Position numbers and translations under genes: made by a program. Shown piece by piece: positions 9,448 to 20,237 of a DNA stretch of 64,000 nucleotides (positions are counted from its first letter, which is position 1; every line of letters begins with the position of its first letter). This DNA comes from an uncultured Gammaproteobacteria bacterium. GTDB taxonomy: Bacteria > Pseudomonadota > Gammaproteobacteria > UBA9214. The notes beneath the pieces were generated by a model. That model was not told the origin of the DNA, ran no database searches, and worked only from the letters and a program-made list of their open reading frames with translations. Location of the stretch: assembly GCA_963827755.1 (NCBI GenBank), contig CAWHCQ010000004.1, positions 32,001 through 96,000 on the forward strand, read 5' to 3'.

Positions 9448-9736
9448 GGGGGTTGCCTTTTGTTCAGGTGGTTAATACCGGCCGGCTTATTCTACACGCA
9501 TACAGGGAAACCAGACCCGGTTCTGACAGATTGCCGGGGAGTTGCGTCGTGACAGGCGAGGCAACAGGATCTTGCGTTTCCCGCCGGGCAGCCGGGTTGG
9601 TATTGTGGTGTATATTTTCACTCGACACACGGGTTTGCACGTTTGCCGGGGCGATCGGGCCGCCTTTTTTACAGGAAACGGGGTAAAATAAGCCAGGGTC
9701 TCGTCAAAATAATGATGCAGGACGGGGGGATACATC

Positions 9737-11551
9737 ATGCAGGTACGCTTCTGGGGCACGCGCGGCTCACTGGCAAAGCCGGGGCCGGGGACTGTCCGTT
9801 ACGGCGGCAATACCTCCTGTGTCGAGGTGCGCTCGGCCTCGGGGACGCTGGTCGTCATCGATTGCGGAACCGGGGCCCATGGTCTCGGCGAGGCGCTGAT
9901 GGCGGAGCCGGTTCAGCCCGTGCACGGTCACCTGTTGATCAGCCACACGCACTGGGATCACATCCAGGGAATCCCTTTCTTCGCGCCGCTGTTCGCGCCC
10001 GAGAACGAGTGGGACATCTACGGGCCAAACAGCCTGAGCCAGTCGATCCAGGAGACGCTCTCGGGACAAATGCAGTACACCTACTTCCCGGTGACCCTCG
10101 ATGCGCTCGATGCGAAGATCAGGTATCACGACCTGGTAGAGGGTGAGTTCAGGGTCGGGGACATCACCATCCGCTCCCACTACCTGAATCACCCGGCCCT
10201 GACGCTCGGCTACCGGCTTGAAGCCGACGGTCATTCGGTGGTCTATTCCTGCGATCACGAACCTTATGCCCGCTCGCCGTCGACCGACAGTGGCGGACTC
10301 GGCGACCAGGACCTGCAGCATGCAAATTTTTTACGCGGTGCTGATCTTGTTATTCACGATGCGCAGTACACCGAAGCGGAATATCCCGGCAAGATCGGCT
10401 GGGGTCACAGCACGGCCGAGTATGCGGTCGATATCTGTAATGCCGTTGGCGTAAAGCAACTGGCGTTGACCCACCATGACCCGATGCGGGATGACGACGC
10501 CGTCGACCGGATTGTCGCTGCCATGAGAAGCCGCCAGGGTTCGTCCGGGCAGTCGCTGTACGTATTTGCGGCCTCGGAGGGCGAGACGGTTGACCTGGGC
10601 ACGGGCATCGATTCAGAGGTTACGCACAGCAGAACAGCCTTCTCTGCCGTGACAAAGGTTAAACCGGCGATGTCGGATTTCCTGATAGTGCTGGGTGCCA
10701 CCGACGCGCACACGGCCGGGGTGATCAAGAGTGCCGCGGCCGCCGAGAATGTGCGGCTCATTGCCGCGGCGAGTACCGAAGCCGCGCTGCAAGCCATAGC
10801 CACGGAGCGACCTTCTCTGGTGATTGTGGACGCGCAGGCGGCGGGCGATGATGCGCTTGCAATAGGCCGCAGGCTGAAAGAAGCAGCGACGCCGGGCACT
10901 GCGCAGCCGGATCTCGTGGTTATCGCCGACAGGGACCACCCGGCCCCGGCACTGGCCGGGTTCGATCCCGTCTGGATTAGCAGGCCCTTTTCCCGGGAGT
11001 ATGCACGCACGCGCATACGCGCGTGGATTCTGCGCACGACCTGTCGATGGGTGCGCGCACAGATTCCGCCAGGCGAAGAGGCGCGGCTGGCGGCGCTCGA
11101 TGAACTGCACATACTGGATAGCGAGCCGGAAGAACGTTTCGATCGTATCGTACGAATCGCTGCGGAAGTCTTCGATGTCCCGATCGCCCTGGTCAGTCTT
11201 GTCGACCGCGAGCGCCAGTGGTTCAAATCCTGTTTCGGCCTGGACGTGAAAGAGACCTCGCGTGACATGGCGTTCTGTGCGCATGCAATCCTCAAGGACG
11301 AGGTGATGATTGTCCCTGACGCCCTGCTGGACCCGCGGTTTGCCGACAACCCGCTGGTGACCGGCGAGCCGCATGTTCGCTTCTATGCCGGTTGTCCGCT
11401 GAAACTGCCCGACGGGAACTTTATGGGCACCCTCTGCCTGATCGATACGCGGCCCCGCCAGATCGACGACAGGAAAGTCAGGCTGCTGCAGGACCTCGGG
11501 AAACTTGCCGAGCTGGAGCTTGCGAGAGGGCCCGGCCCGGCCGGGTCATGA
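9737..11551 (+). CDS. MBL-fold hydrolase (phosphodiesterase-like) fused to receiver-like and GAF domains
   Basis: FWGTRGS..YGGNTSC, HTHWDH, HDAQY, WGHS. C-terminal GAF (EERFDRI...FCAHAI...RFYAG...GTLCLID). Confidence 0.85.
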   Translation: MQVRFWGTRGSLAKPGPGTVRYGGNTSCVEVRSASGTLVVIDCGTGAHGLGEALMAEPVQPVHGHLLISHTHWDHIQGIPFFAPLFAPENEWDIYGPNSLSQSIQETLSGQMQYTYFPVTLDALDAKIRYHDLVEGEFRVGDITIRSHYLNHPALTLGYRLEADGHSVVYSCDHEPYARSPSTDSGGLGDQDLQHANFLRGADLVIHDAQYTEAEYPGKIGWGHSTAEYAVDICNAVGVKQLALTHHDPMRDDDAVDRIVAAMRSRQGSSGQSLYVFAASEGETVDLGTGIDSEVTHSRTAFSAVTKVKPAMSDFLIVLGATDAHTAGVIKSAAAAENVRLIAAASTEAALQAIATERPSLVIVDAQAAGDDALAIGRRLKEAATPGTAQPDLVVIADRDHPAPALAGFDPVWISRPFSREYARTRIRAWILRTTCRWVRAQIPPGEEARLAALDELHILDSEPEERFDRIVRIAAEVFDVPIALVSLVDRERQWFKSCFGLDVKETSRDMAFCAHAILKDEVMIVPDALLDPRFADNPLVTGEPHVRFYAGCPLKLPDGNFMGTLCLIDTRPRQIDDRKVRLLQDLGKLAELELARGPGPAGS

Positions 11552-11596
11552 AGACCCGGGTGAAGAAGGTGGCGATAGCCGGAGGGCTGCAAGCTT

Positions 11597-14318
11597 TTAC
11601 TGCACCAGTGTCAGGCCCGGTTTTGCAGAAGACAGCAATTCATCAATCTCGTCGACAGGCAGCGGCCGGCTGAACAAATAACCCTGCATGACATCACAGC
11701 CATGTTCGGTCAGGAAGATGCGCTGTTCATCCGTCTCGACACCCTCGGCAACAATGGTCAGGTTGAGCGTGTGGCCGAGGGCGAGAATCGCCTCGACTAT
11801 GGCTGCATCGTTGTTGTCTGCCGGAATGTCGCGCACAAAGGAACGGTCGATTTTCAGGGTATTGATCGGCAGACGTTTCAGGTAACTCATCGATGAATAG
11901 CCGGTGCCGAAGTCATCGATGGCCAGCTGCACGCCGAGATTGCGCAGTGCGCGCAGGTTACCGATAGTGGTGGCGGCCTGGCTCATGATGCAGCTCTCGG
12001 TGATCTCCAGTTCGAGATAGCGCGGCTCAAGGCCGGTGGCATCCAGGACTTCACCGACTGCCTGTACCAGTCTGTCAGTGATCTGCTGGCCTGACACATT
12101 CACTGCAACGGGAATCCTGATCCCCGTTGCATCCTGCCATGCCCTGTTTTGCTCACAGGCGGTCCGCATCACCCACTCACCCAACGGCTCGATCAGCCCG
12201 GATTCCTCCGCTACCGGTATGAACATGTTCGGCGGTACCAGTCCATGCTGCGGATGATGCCAGCGCAGCAGCGCCTCCAGTCCCACGATCCGGTCAGTCT
12301 CGAGCGACACCTGTGGCTGGTAGTGCACCTCAAATTCATCTCTTTCCAGGGCCTTGCGCAAATCTGTTTCCAGGGCCAGCCGTTCGTCGGCGGCGACGGT
12401 CATGTCTGCCAGGTAGAACTGGAACTTGTTACCGCCGTCTTTCTTCGCATGGAACATGGCAATGTCAGCATGCTTCATGAGGGTGGTGACATCATTGCCG
12501 TCCTGCGGGTACATGCTGATGCCGATACTGGCACCGAGGAATACTTCCCGGCCGGACACCTCGAACGGCCTGGCAAGGGCATCCAGGATCCGCTGCGCGA
12601 CTTCCGGCACGCTGTCCTGTGTATCCATGTCCTCGAGAATAATTGTAAACTCATCGCCGCCGAGGCGTGCAACGGTGTCATCCTCGCGTGCAGCTCAGCA
12701 GCAGGCGTTTGGCAACCTGCTGCAGCAGGTCGTCGCCGGCCGGGTGGCCCAGCGTGTCATTGATTTTCTTGAACCCGTCCAGGTCCATGAACAGCAACGC
12801 CAGCTGGCGCCGGGCACGGCGTTGATGCTGCAGGGCATGTGCGAGGCGGTCGCCGAACAGCAACCGGTTGGGCAGGTCGGTGAGCGCATCATGATGCGCC
12901 AGGTGGTCGAGTTTTTCCTGCGTGAGATGGCGCTCGGTAATATCGAGAATGATCGCTACAAATACCTGCGCGGTGCCCGGCCCGGCGAGTTGCAGGTTGA
13001 CCTCGACCGGGTAATGGGAGCCATCCTTGCGTCTGTGTACCGCCTCAAACCGCAGGCGCCGGGTGGTGCCGTTCAGCAGGGGTTCGATAATCCCGATAAA
13101 TGACTCCCGGGTATGCTCCGGTTTGATATCCACGGGGGTCAATTGCAGCAGTTCCTCCATGGAGTAGCCGAGATTGTCACGCGCCCCCTGGTTGACGTTG
13201 ACAAATTTCAGTGTCTGCGTATCGAACATGTAGATCTCGTTGAGCGAATGCTCGAGGATCTCCCCAAGGCTGTTGGCCTTGTCCTCGTGATGCTGGTCAA
13301 GCAGTCGCCGGGTCTGCCTGCGCTCGTTGAGGCTTGCGGCAAATAACAGGGTGAAAAGCGTTGTGACCGCCATGAACAGCTGCAACAGCAGCAGCGATTC
13401 ATTCATGTCGGTACGCATGAAGGGCCCGCTGCCGCCGATTGTCCCCCAGACTGCACTTGCCGCGACCACGGTCAGGCAGATAGTGGCACCGTGTTTGCCG
13501 AAACGCATGGCGGCCCAGGCGAGCGGGGTTATAGGCAGGAAAGCCAGCGGGACATGATTGATAGCCAGCCCCGAGTTGCGTCCGAATACCAGTTGCGCGA
13601 TCAGCAGTGTGCACATCAGCAGCGCTGCCGCTTCAAGCGCGCGTATTACGGACCAGTTTTTTTCAGGCAGCTGTTTCCACGCCAGCAGTAGCGGCGCAAT
13701 CATAAGAACGCCTCCGCTATCACCCAGCCACCAGGTAAGCCAGACGGAGTTATAGAGTGATTTTGCGATCAGTCCTGCTTCCAGCAGGGTGACGGTGCCG
13801 ATGGTTGCACTGATTAATGTTGCCAGCATCCCGCCACCAGCGATCAGGATCAGCACCCCGCGCATGGTATCCAGCGGGTTCCGGGTCCTGGCCAGGGATT
13901 GCACCAGCAGTGCCCCTGCGATGGCTGCCAGGGTATTGCCTGTTGCAATACCCAGACATGCGCTGACGGGCATGCTGGCCGTGATATTCACAATAAATGC
14001 GCCGGCCGTAATGGCGGGCCAGAGACGGATGCCGAAGATCAGCAGGGCTGCCAGGGCGAGGCCGCTGGGCGGCCACACGGCGGTGACGCTGCTGTGCACC
14101 ATGGCCAGCTGCAGGCCCAGTCTGGCTGACACCACGTAGAGAACGATAATGCCCAGGCCAACCAGAGTCAGCCGGGTCAGTTGCTGTGCGTCCATTCGAG
14201 TATGCAGCGGGTGTGTGGCCATGGCGTCGATTTCACAAAATGAGCGAATTTGAGGGACAACCTCACATTCCTGTTGCCTGAACCATGAAATCGGCCGCAG
14301 GCTGTTGATCTTGAACAT
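11597..14318 (-). CDS. MASE1-PAS-GGDEF-EAL diguanylate cyclase/phosphodiesterase, one frameshift near 12685
   Basis: MASE1 TMs (VWPPSG, WWLGD), PAS, HDALTDLPNR, DLDGFK. RLGGDEF (GGDEF at 12647-12661) is in the frame of the downstream EALLRW/DDFGTGYSS ORF. Start codon uncertain. Confidence 0.88.
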
Positions 14319-14365
14319 GCACCCGGCCCCGGTTTTGAATAGAATGGACTCAACTCCAGACTTTA

Positions 14366-15565
14366 TTGATTATCAGCGTGTTATCTCTTAAGACATCCTC
14401 GCGTCTGTATATTCTGCTGGCCCTTCTCGGGGTCGCGGTCCTGCTTGTAATGACGCGGCCCGACAGGGATCCCGGGCTGCAGCAGGCGGTTGCCCCCAGG
14501 GTCGTCGTCGCGGCGGTCGGCCTGCACGAGCTGTTGCCCGTCGAGTCCGTCAGCGGGCGGCTGGAGCCGGCGCGCAAGACCTCGCTGCGCTTCGAATTGC
14601 CGGGGCAGGTGCAGGCGCGTGCCGTTGATCCCGGCCAAGTGGTGGAGCAGGGCGCCCTGCTACTGTCTCTTGGTGCAGGGGATTACGAGGATGCCGTGAT
14701 CGAGGCCAGGGCGCAGCTTGCGCAGGAGTCGCGCAATATCCAGCGCGACCGTGAACTGCTGGCACTCGCGAAGCGCAATTTCAGCCTGCAGCAAAACGAG
14801 CTCGAACGCCTCGAGAAGCTGGGGGCGGACTCGCTGGTTTCAAAATCGCGTCTCGATGAGGCCCGCATCAGGCTGATCCAGCTTGAAGCGGAGATGGCGG
14901 AGCTTGATGCCAGGGTAAGCTCGGCAAGTTCACGGCTGTCACTGAAGCAGGCGGCCAGCAACCGGGCGGCACGTAATCTTGAGAGAACGCGGCTGCTTGC
15001 ACCGTTTGCAGGTAGCGTCAATGCGGTGGACGTCCAGGTCGGTGACTATGTCACCTCGAACCAGGCGGTGGTGGACCTGATCGATGCAAGCCGGCTCGAA
15101 CTCTATGTTGAAGTGCGCGGCGATGTCGCACAATCACTCTCGCCGGGACAGGCGGTGGATATCGAGGTCAATAACACGACCCTGCCGGGAGAGATCGTGG
15201 CACTGCAGCCTGATCCCGACCCGGTAACCTTCACGCATGCACTGCGCGTGCGCCTTGCCGGCGATACTGCGAGACCAGGGCAGATCGCCCGTGCGCGGCT
15301 GCCGATGCGGCCGCTGCACGCCGTCAAGGCCGTCCCGGCAACGGCGCTGCTCCATGATGAGGGCAGGACGTTTGTTTTCCGCTATAAAGACGGCCTGCTG
15401 GAGAAAACAGAGGTGCAGCCGGGCAGCCGCGTGGGTGACCTGACGGTGGTCCTGCAGGGTATTGAAGCAAGCGACCTGGTGGTCATGCGTGATGTGGCCG
15501 CTCTCAGCGATGGACAGTCAGTCGAGGCCGTCGCCGTGACCGGTGCGGCTGCCCCGGAACAATGA
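14366..15565 (+). CDS. RND efflux periplasmic adaptor (MFP)
   Basis: N-terminal TM, lipoyl-like halves, coiled coil, APFAG motif. Upstream of an AcrB-like gene. Start uncertain. Confidence 0.88.
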   Translation: MIISVLSLKTSSRLYILLALLGVAVLLVMTRPDRDPGLQQAVAPRVVVAAVGLHELLPVESVSGRLEPARKTSLRFELPGQVQARAVDPGQVVEQGALLLSLGAGDYEDAVIEARAQLAQESRNIQRDRELLALAKRNFSLQQNELERLEKLGADSLVSKSRLDEARIRLIQLEAEMAELDARVSSASSRLSLKQAASNRAARNLERTRLLAPFAGSVNAVDVQVGDYVTSNQAVVDLIDASRLELYVEVRGDVAQSLSPGQAVDIEVNNTTLPGEIVALQPDPDPVTFTHALRVRLAGDTARPGQIARARLPMRPLHAVKAVPATALLHDEGRTFVFRYKDGLLEKTEVQPGSRVGDLTVVLQGIEASDLVVMRDVAALSDGQSVEAVAVTGAAAPEQ

Positions 15566-15662
15566 TGCGGCAGCCGGTTCCTTGCCCGGTTTACTCATAC
15601 AGTCTGCCGCGCGTTAACAGCAGGCACTGCACCTTGCGGGTGCGTGGCGTGATGAAGCTGTC

Positions 15663-18600
15663 ATGTCGCTGATCCGATTCTCCATCAGTAATCCCCTGGT
15701 AACCAACCTGCTGCTCGGGATCGTGGTGATCCTCGGGGTGCTGGCGTGGCGTTCCATGCCGCAGGAGATGTTTCCCACCGTCGAGCTGGATGCGGTCAGC
15801 ATCTCTGTCGTGTTCGAAGGTGCATCACCCGAAGAGGTGGAACGCCAGGTCAGTATCCCGCTGGAAGAGGAATTCGAGGGCATGGCCGACATCGATGTGC
15901 TCACATCGACCAGTAATGAAGGGCTTGCCACGCTGATGATCAAGCTGAAGCCGGGTACCGACGTCGACCAGTACATGCGCGATGCGCAGACCGCGCTTGA
16001 CCAGGTTACGGATTTGCCGGAGGAAGCCGAGGAGCCGCAGCTGCTGCGGGTGAAGGCGCGCTTCCCGGTCATCAGCCTGAGCCTGTACGGTGATGTGGCA
16101 CGCGGTTATCTCTATGACCAGGCCGACTTGATCAAGCAGCGGATGGCGAAGATTGGAGGGGTTGCCAGCGTCGGTATTGCCGGTAACCGGGATTGGGAAA
16201 TCTGGATCGAGGTGAACCCGTTTGAGCTGGCGGCGCACACGGTTTCGCTCGGGCAGGTGCTGGCTGCCGTACGCGGTAACCTGCGTGATTTGCCGGGGGG
16301 CTCCCTGAAGGCGAACGAAGGTGACATCCTGTTGCGTGGCAAGGGTGTTGCGCCCGAGCCGGAACAGATTGCCGGGATTATCGTGCGCAGCAATGACAGG
16401 GGCGGACAGCTGCGTCTTGGCGAAATCGCACAGATCGAGTTGCGCCTGGAAGAGGCGCGTACCCTGGGGCGTTTCAACGGCCGGCCTTCCGTCAACCTCA
16501 CCGTGACCAAGACAGTCGAATCCTCGACCATCGATGTCGCCGATGCGGTGCGCGAGTTTGCGGCGGACCTGAGGAACGAATTACCCGCCACCATCGAGGT
16601 CGGTATCTTCAACGATCTGTCGACCTATGTGAGAACCCGTCTGAATACAGTGAAATCATCCGGACTGGTGGGTCTCTGTCTGGTGCTGTTATCGCTTTAC
16701 CTGTTTCTGAGTTTCCGGGTTGCCCTGATAACCGCCATGGGTATACCGGTGTCCTTCCTGGTGGCGACGGCCGTGATTTTTTACCTTGGCTACACCATCA
16801 ACATGGTATCGCTGTTCGCATTCCTGATTGCGCTGGGCCTGATTGTCGACGATGCCATTATCGTCACCGAGAATATTTACCGTCACATGGAAATGGGCAA
16901 GTCGGCGCAGCAGGCGGCAGAAACGGGTTCCCGCGAGGTAATGTGGCCGGTAGTTGCGAGTACGGCAACCACCATCGCGGCGTTCATGCCTATGTTCGCC
17001 ATCGAGGGCATTATGGGGGCCTTTATTGCCGTGATTCCCGTGGTCGTCAGCGCCGCGCTGGCGGGCTCCCTGTGGGAGGCCTTTGGCGTATTGCCGTCAC
17101 ATTGTGCCGAGTTGCTGCACGTGGCCAGCAAGAAGTCACATGAACACAGCGTTGACTGGAGTCGATTGCTGAATCACTACATCGGCTGGCTGCGCTGGGC
17201 CCTGCATAACCGTTATTTTGTGGCGCTGTTCAGTATCGGTGTGCTACTGGTGACGATCGTGTTTGCCGTGACCCGTATTCCCTTCATGCTGTTCGATGAT
17301 GTCGATGTCGGGCAGTTTTTTATCAATGCCGAGGCGCCCAACACCTACAGCCTGGAAGACACGGCAAGGCTGGCAGAGCAGATGGAAGAGATCGTAATGA
17401 CGTCGCTGGCCGAGGATGAACTCGATACCCTGTTGACCAATGTCGGTGTGAGCTTCATCGATTTCAACCGTTTTCAGCTCGGCAGCCAGTACATCCAGCT
17501 GGTTGTTGACCTGAAGAAGGCGCGTCCGGAAGGCTTTATTGAACGTTTTATCTCGCCCCTGGTGAGCCTGAAGTTCGAGTGGCAGGGCAGCCGCACCCGG
17601 GCCACGGAGGATATTATCAACGAGTTGCGTGCAAAGCTGCAGACCATCGCCGGGGTGCGGCGTATTGCCATCCAGCGGCCGCAGGGTGGTCCTGCCGGCG
17701 CCGACCTCGAGGTCGGCGTCAGCGGTCCGGATATCCAGGTCCTGCGCGAACAGGCCAGTCGCATGGTCGGCTACCTGCAACGCCTGCCCGGTGTGCATGA
17801 CGTACGCCATAATCTCGAGACCGGCAAGCTCGAATACCGGTATTCACTGAATGACCGTGGCAGGGAACTTGGTATTCGCCAGAATGATCTTGCCGATGCC
17901 GTGCGCACCGGCTTTCTCGGCGTTGAGGCCGTGCATGTCACCCTCGGCAACAAGCGCGTGCCGGTGCGGGTGATCTATTCCGATGCAATACGCCATACCA
18001 GTGACCTTGGCCGACTGCCGATAGTGCTCGCCGACGGGCGCCTGGTATATCTCGGTGATGTCGCGGATATCATTCCCGGGCGCGGTATGAGTACCATCAA
18101 CCGCCGTGATACCCGGCGCCTTGGGCTGGTAACGGCGGAAGTGGATGACCAGGTGACCACGCCGCTGGAAGTTGCCGAACTGGTACGCCGTGAGTTTGCG
18201 GGTTTCAATGATGATTTACCCGGCTATGAACTGGTATTCCTCGGCGAAAAGAAAGATGCATCGGAATCTTTCCAGGGTATGCGTGATGCCCTGGTGATCT
18301 CCGGCGCAATCATATTCTTTATCCTGGCGGCCCTGTTCCGCTCCCTGCTGGATCCGCTGGTGGTGATGTTCGCCATTCCTTTCGGCGTCATCGGCGTGGT
18401 GTTCGGGCACATGCTGTTTGGTTACCATCTGCAGTTTCTGTCAGCCATCGGCTTTCTTGCCCTGACCGGTATCGTCGTCAACGATTCACTGATCCTGGTG
18501 GATTTTGCACGGCGCCTGCGCATCGGGGGCATGGACAGAATTGATGCCATGGTTGAGGCCGGACGGGTGCGGGTGCGTCCCATCCTGCTGACCAGTATCA

Positions 18601-18851
18601 CCACCTTCCTGGGAATCTCGCCCCTGATTTTCTTTGCCACCGGCCAGACCGCGTTTCTTTCGCCGATGGCCGTCAGCCTCGGTTTCGGCCTGTTGTTCGC
18701 GACCCTGATCGTGCTCATATCCATTCCCTGCTTTTACCTGATTGCCGATGACCTGCGTGAATATGTACGTGCAAAACTGCGCGCACTAACGGGGTCACAG
18801 CACAATCCTGTCCCAGGTCCAGTAGAGACCGATGATGGCAATGACCAGTGA
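15663..18851 (+). CDS. RND efflux permease (AcrB/AcrD/AcrF family)
   Basis: 1062 aa, GASPEEVE, GLIVDDAIIVTENI, RVRPILLTSITT. Confidence 0.95.
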   Translation: MSLIRFSISNPLVTNLLLGIVVILGVLAWRSMPQEMFPTVELDAVSISVVFEGASPEEVERQVSIPLEEEFEGMADIDVLTSTSNEGLATLMIKLKPGTDVDQYMRDAQTALDQVTDLPEEAEEPQLLRVKARFPVISLSLYGDVARGYLYDQADLIKQRMAKIGGVASVGIAGNRDWEIWIEVNPFELAAHTVSLGQVLAAVRGNLRDLPGGSLKANEGDILLRGKGVAPEPEQIAGIIVRSNDRGGQLRLGEIAQIELRLEEARTLGRFNGRPSVNLTVTKTVESSTIDVADAVREFAADLRNELPATIEVGIFNDLSTYVRTRLNTVKSSGLVGLCLVLLSLYLFLSFRVALITAMGIPVSFLVATAVIFYLGYTINMVSLFAFLIALGLIVDDAIIVTENIYRHMEMGKSAQQAAETGSREVMWPVVASTATTIAAFMPMFAIEGIMGAFIAVIPVVVSAALAGSLWEAFGVLPSHCAELLHVASKKSHEHSVDWSRLLNHYIGWLRWALHNRYFVALFSIGVLLVTIVFAVTRIPFMLFDDVDVGQFFINAEAPNTYSLEDTARLAEQMEEIVMTSLAEDELDTLLTNVGVSFIDFNRFQLGSQYIQLVVDLKKARPEGFIERFISPLVSLKFEWQGSRTRATEDIINELRAKLQTIAGVRRIAIQRPQGGPAGADLEVGVSGPDIQVLREQASRMVGYLQRLPGVHDVRHNLETGKLEYRYSLNDRGRELGIRQNDLADAVRTGFLGVEAVHVTLGNKRVPVRVIYSDAIRHTSDLGRLPIVLADGRLVYLGDVADIIPGRGMSTINRRDTRRLGLVTAEVDDQVTTPLEVAELVRREFAGFNDDLPGYELVFLGEKKDASESFQGMRDALVISGAIIFFILAALFRSLLDPLVVMFAIPFGVIGVVFGHMLFGYHLQFLSAIGFLALTGIVVNDSLILVDFARRLRIGGMDRIDAMVEAGRVRVRPILLTSITTFLGISPLIFFATGQTAFLSPMAVSLGFGLLFATLIVLISIPCFYLIADDLREYVRAKLRALTGSQHNPVPGPVETDDGNDQ

Positions 18852-19982
18852 TCCGCCCCGTACAATGACCGGGCGATACCAGGGTTTTTTCGAGAACCAC
18901 AGGCCGACTGCGAGGAATCCCAGGGAGATAACGGCCAGTTGACCCAGTTCGACGCCGATATTGAAGCTGATCAATGCGGTAAGAAACGCATTATCGGGCA
19001 TGCCGAAATCATTCAGTACCTGCGCAAACCCCATGCCATGCAACAGGCCGAAACAAAAAACGATGAGCAGGCGGCTCTTGTGCAGCGAGCGGGCAAATAT
19101 ATTTTCAATACCGATGTAGGCGATCGAGAGTGCAATCAGCGGCTCGACGATGCGTGACGGCAGGCTGATGACATCGGCCATCGAGAGTCCGAGGGTGATG
19201 GAGTGGGCGAGGGTGAACATGGTGACCTGCCACAAGAGCGGGCGCATCCTGACGCTCAGCAGGAAGATGCCGAGGATAAACATGATGTGATCAAGTCCCT
19301 TCGGCAGGATGTGTTCAAAACCTGCAACGATGTAGGTAATGATGACGGCAGGGAGCGGTCGTGCGGTGAACACCTCGGTGAGTGAAAAGGGCTCGCTCGG
19401 CTGGTCCTTGCGCAGCCACTGCCAGTCTGACCAGTGCCACTTGCCGTTGGCCTCGTCGATCTGGCGGACACGGACGGCGTTATCACCAAAGCGGGCCGGG
19501 TAGTACCAGCCGACCGTTTCGACTTTGCGTGCGATATCTCCTTCCAGGTAGATGACACTGATCCTGGGGACCTTGGTGTAGCCCGGTTCCGGAATCTCGA
19601 CACGGCTTAAGTTCAAATCGGCCTGTTGATTGTCAAACAGCAGTTTTACTTCAGCGATGAAACGGCTGTGAAAGGGTTTGAAGGCCAGCTCCAGTGCCTC
19701 GGCCGGCAATACCCGCAGTTCATCATAGGCCGCGGCATTCGGGGCATCCTGTGTGTTTTTGTAGCGGGCGTTAATGCCTGTCAGCAGGGCCTCGATGCTG
19801 GCGCGCACCTCGACCCGGTAGGTGCCATTGGTATTCACGCTGATCTCGACCAGGGCGGGTTTTACGATGTCTGCCGGCACCGGCCCGGCCGGGACAAACA
19901 GCATGAGCAGCCAGATCATCCGTAGCCATGCCGGGCAGGGCCGGGTGGCGCAGGCGGGGAGACGCGGTGCCTGAAGTCCCAT
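18795..19982 (-). CDS. HupE/UreJ-family membrane protein with periplasmic N-domain
   Basis: GFEHILPKGLDH, FTLAHSITL, FGLLHGMGFA, FNIGVELGQ. Start may be 19919. Confidence 0.85.
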   Translation of the reverse strand: MGLQAPRLPACATRPCPAWLRMIWLLMLFVPAGPVPADIVKPALVEISVNTNGTYRVEVRASIEALLTGINARYKNTQDAPNAAAYDELRVLPAEALELAFKPFHSRFIAEVKLLFDNQQADLNLSRVEIPEPGYTKVPRISVIYLEGDIARKVETVGWYYPARFGDNAVRVRQIDEANGKWHWSDWQWLRKDQPSEPFSLTEVFTARPLPAVIITYIVAGFEHILPKGLDHIMFILGIFLLSVRMRPLLWQVTMFTLAHSITLGLSMADVISLPSRIVEPLIALSIAYIGIENIFARSLHKSRLLIVFCFGLLHGMGFAQVLNDFGMPDNAFLTALISFNIGVELGQLAVISLGFLAVGLWFSKKPWYRPVIVRGGSLVIAIIGLYWTWDRIVL

Positions 19983-20237
19983 GTCAGTTACCGGGAGGTC
20001 GCGAACCAGGCGGGATAGTGGTTGGTTTTCATTAGTATTTCACCATATATGAAACATAGGCCATTATTTACTGCCTGTAATTCACGGCATTGGTGTTTTA
20101 TTATAATTGTGCAAACCATAGTCGCATGCTGCCCTGCAGATTGTCGCAGCCTGGCCTGGCCGCCCGAGGGCCATCGGTTGTGTAACATGCTATGGTAATG
20201 CCAACACCTTTATAAACATAACTGACACAGGTGACCT

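Noticed and set aside
18795-18851. 57-bp convergent overlap of the RND permease and HupE/UreJ genes
   Set aside because: Short tail-to-tail overlaps are common and the overlapping residues look unconserved
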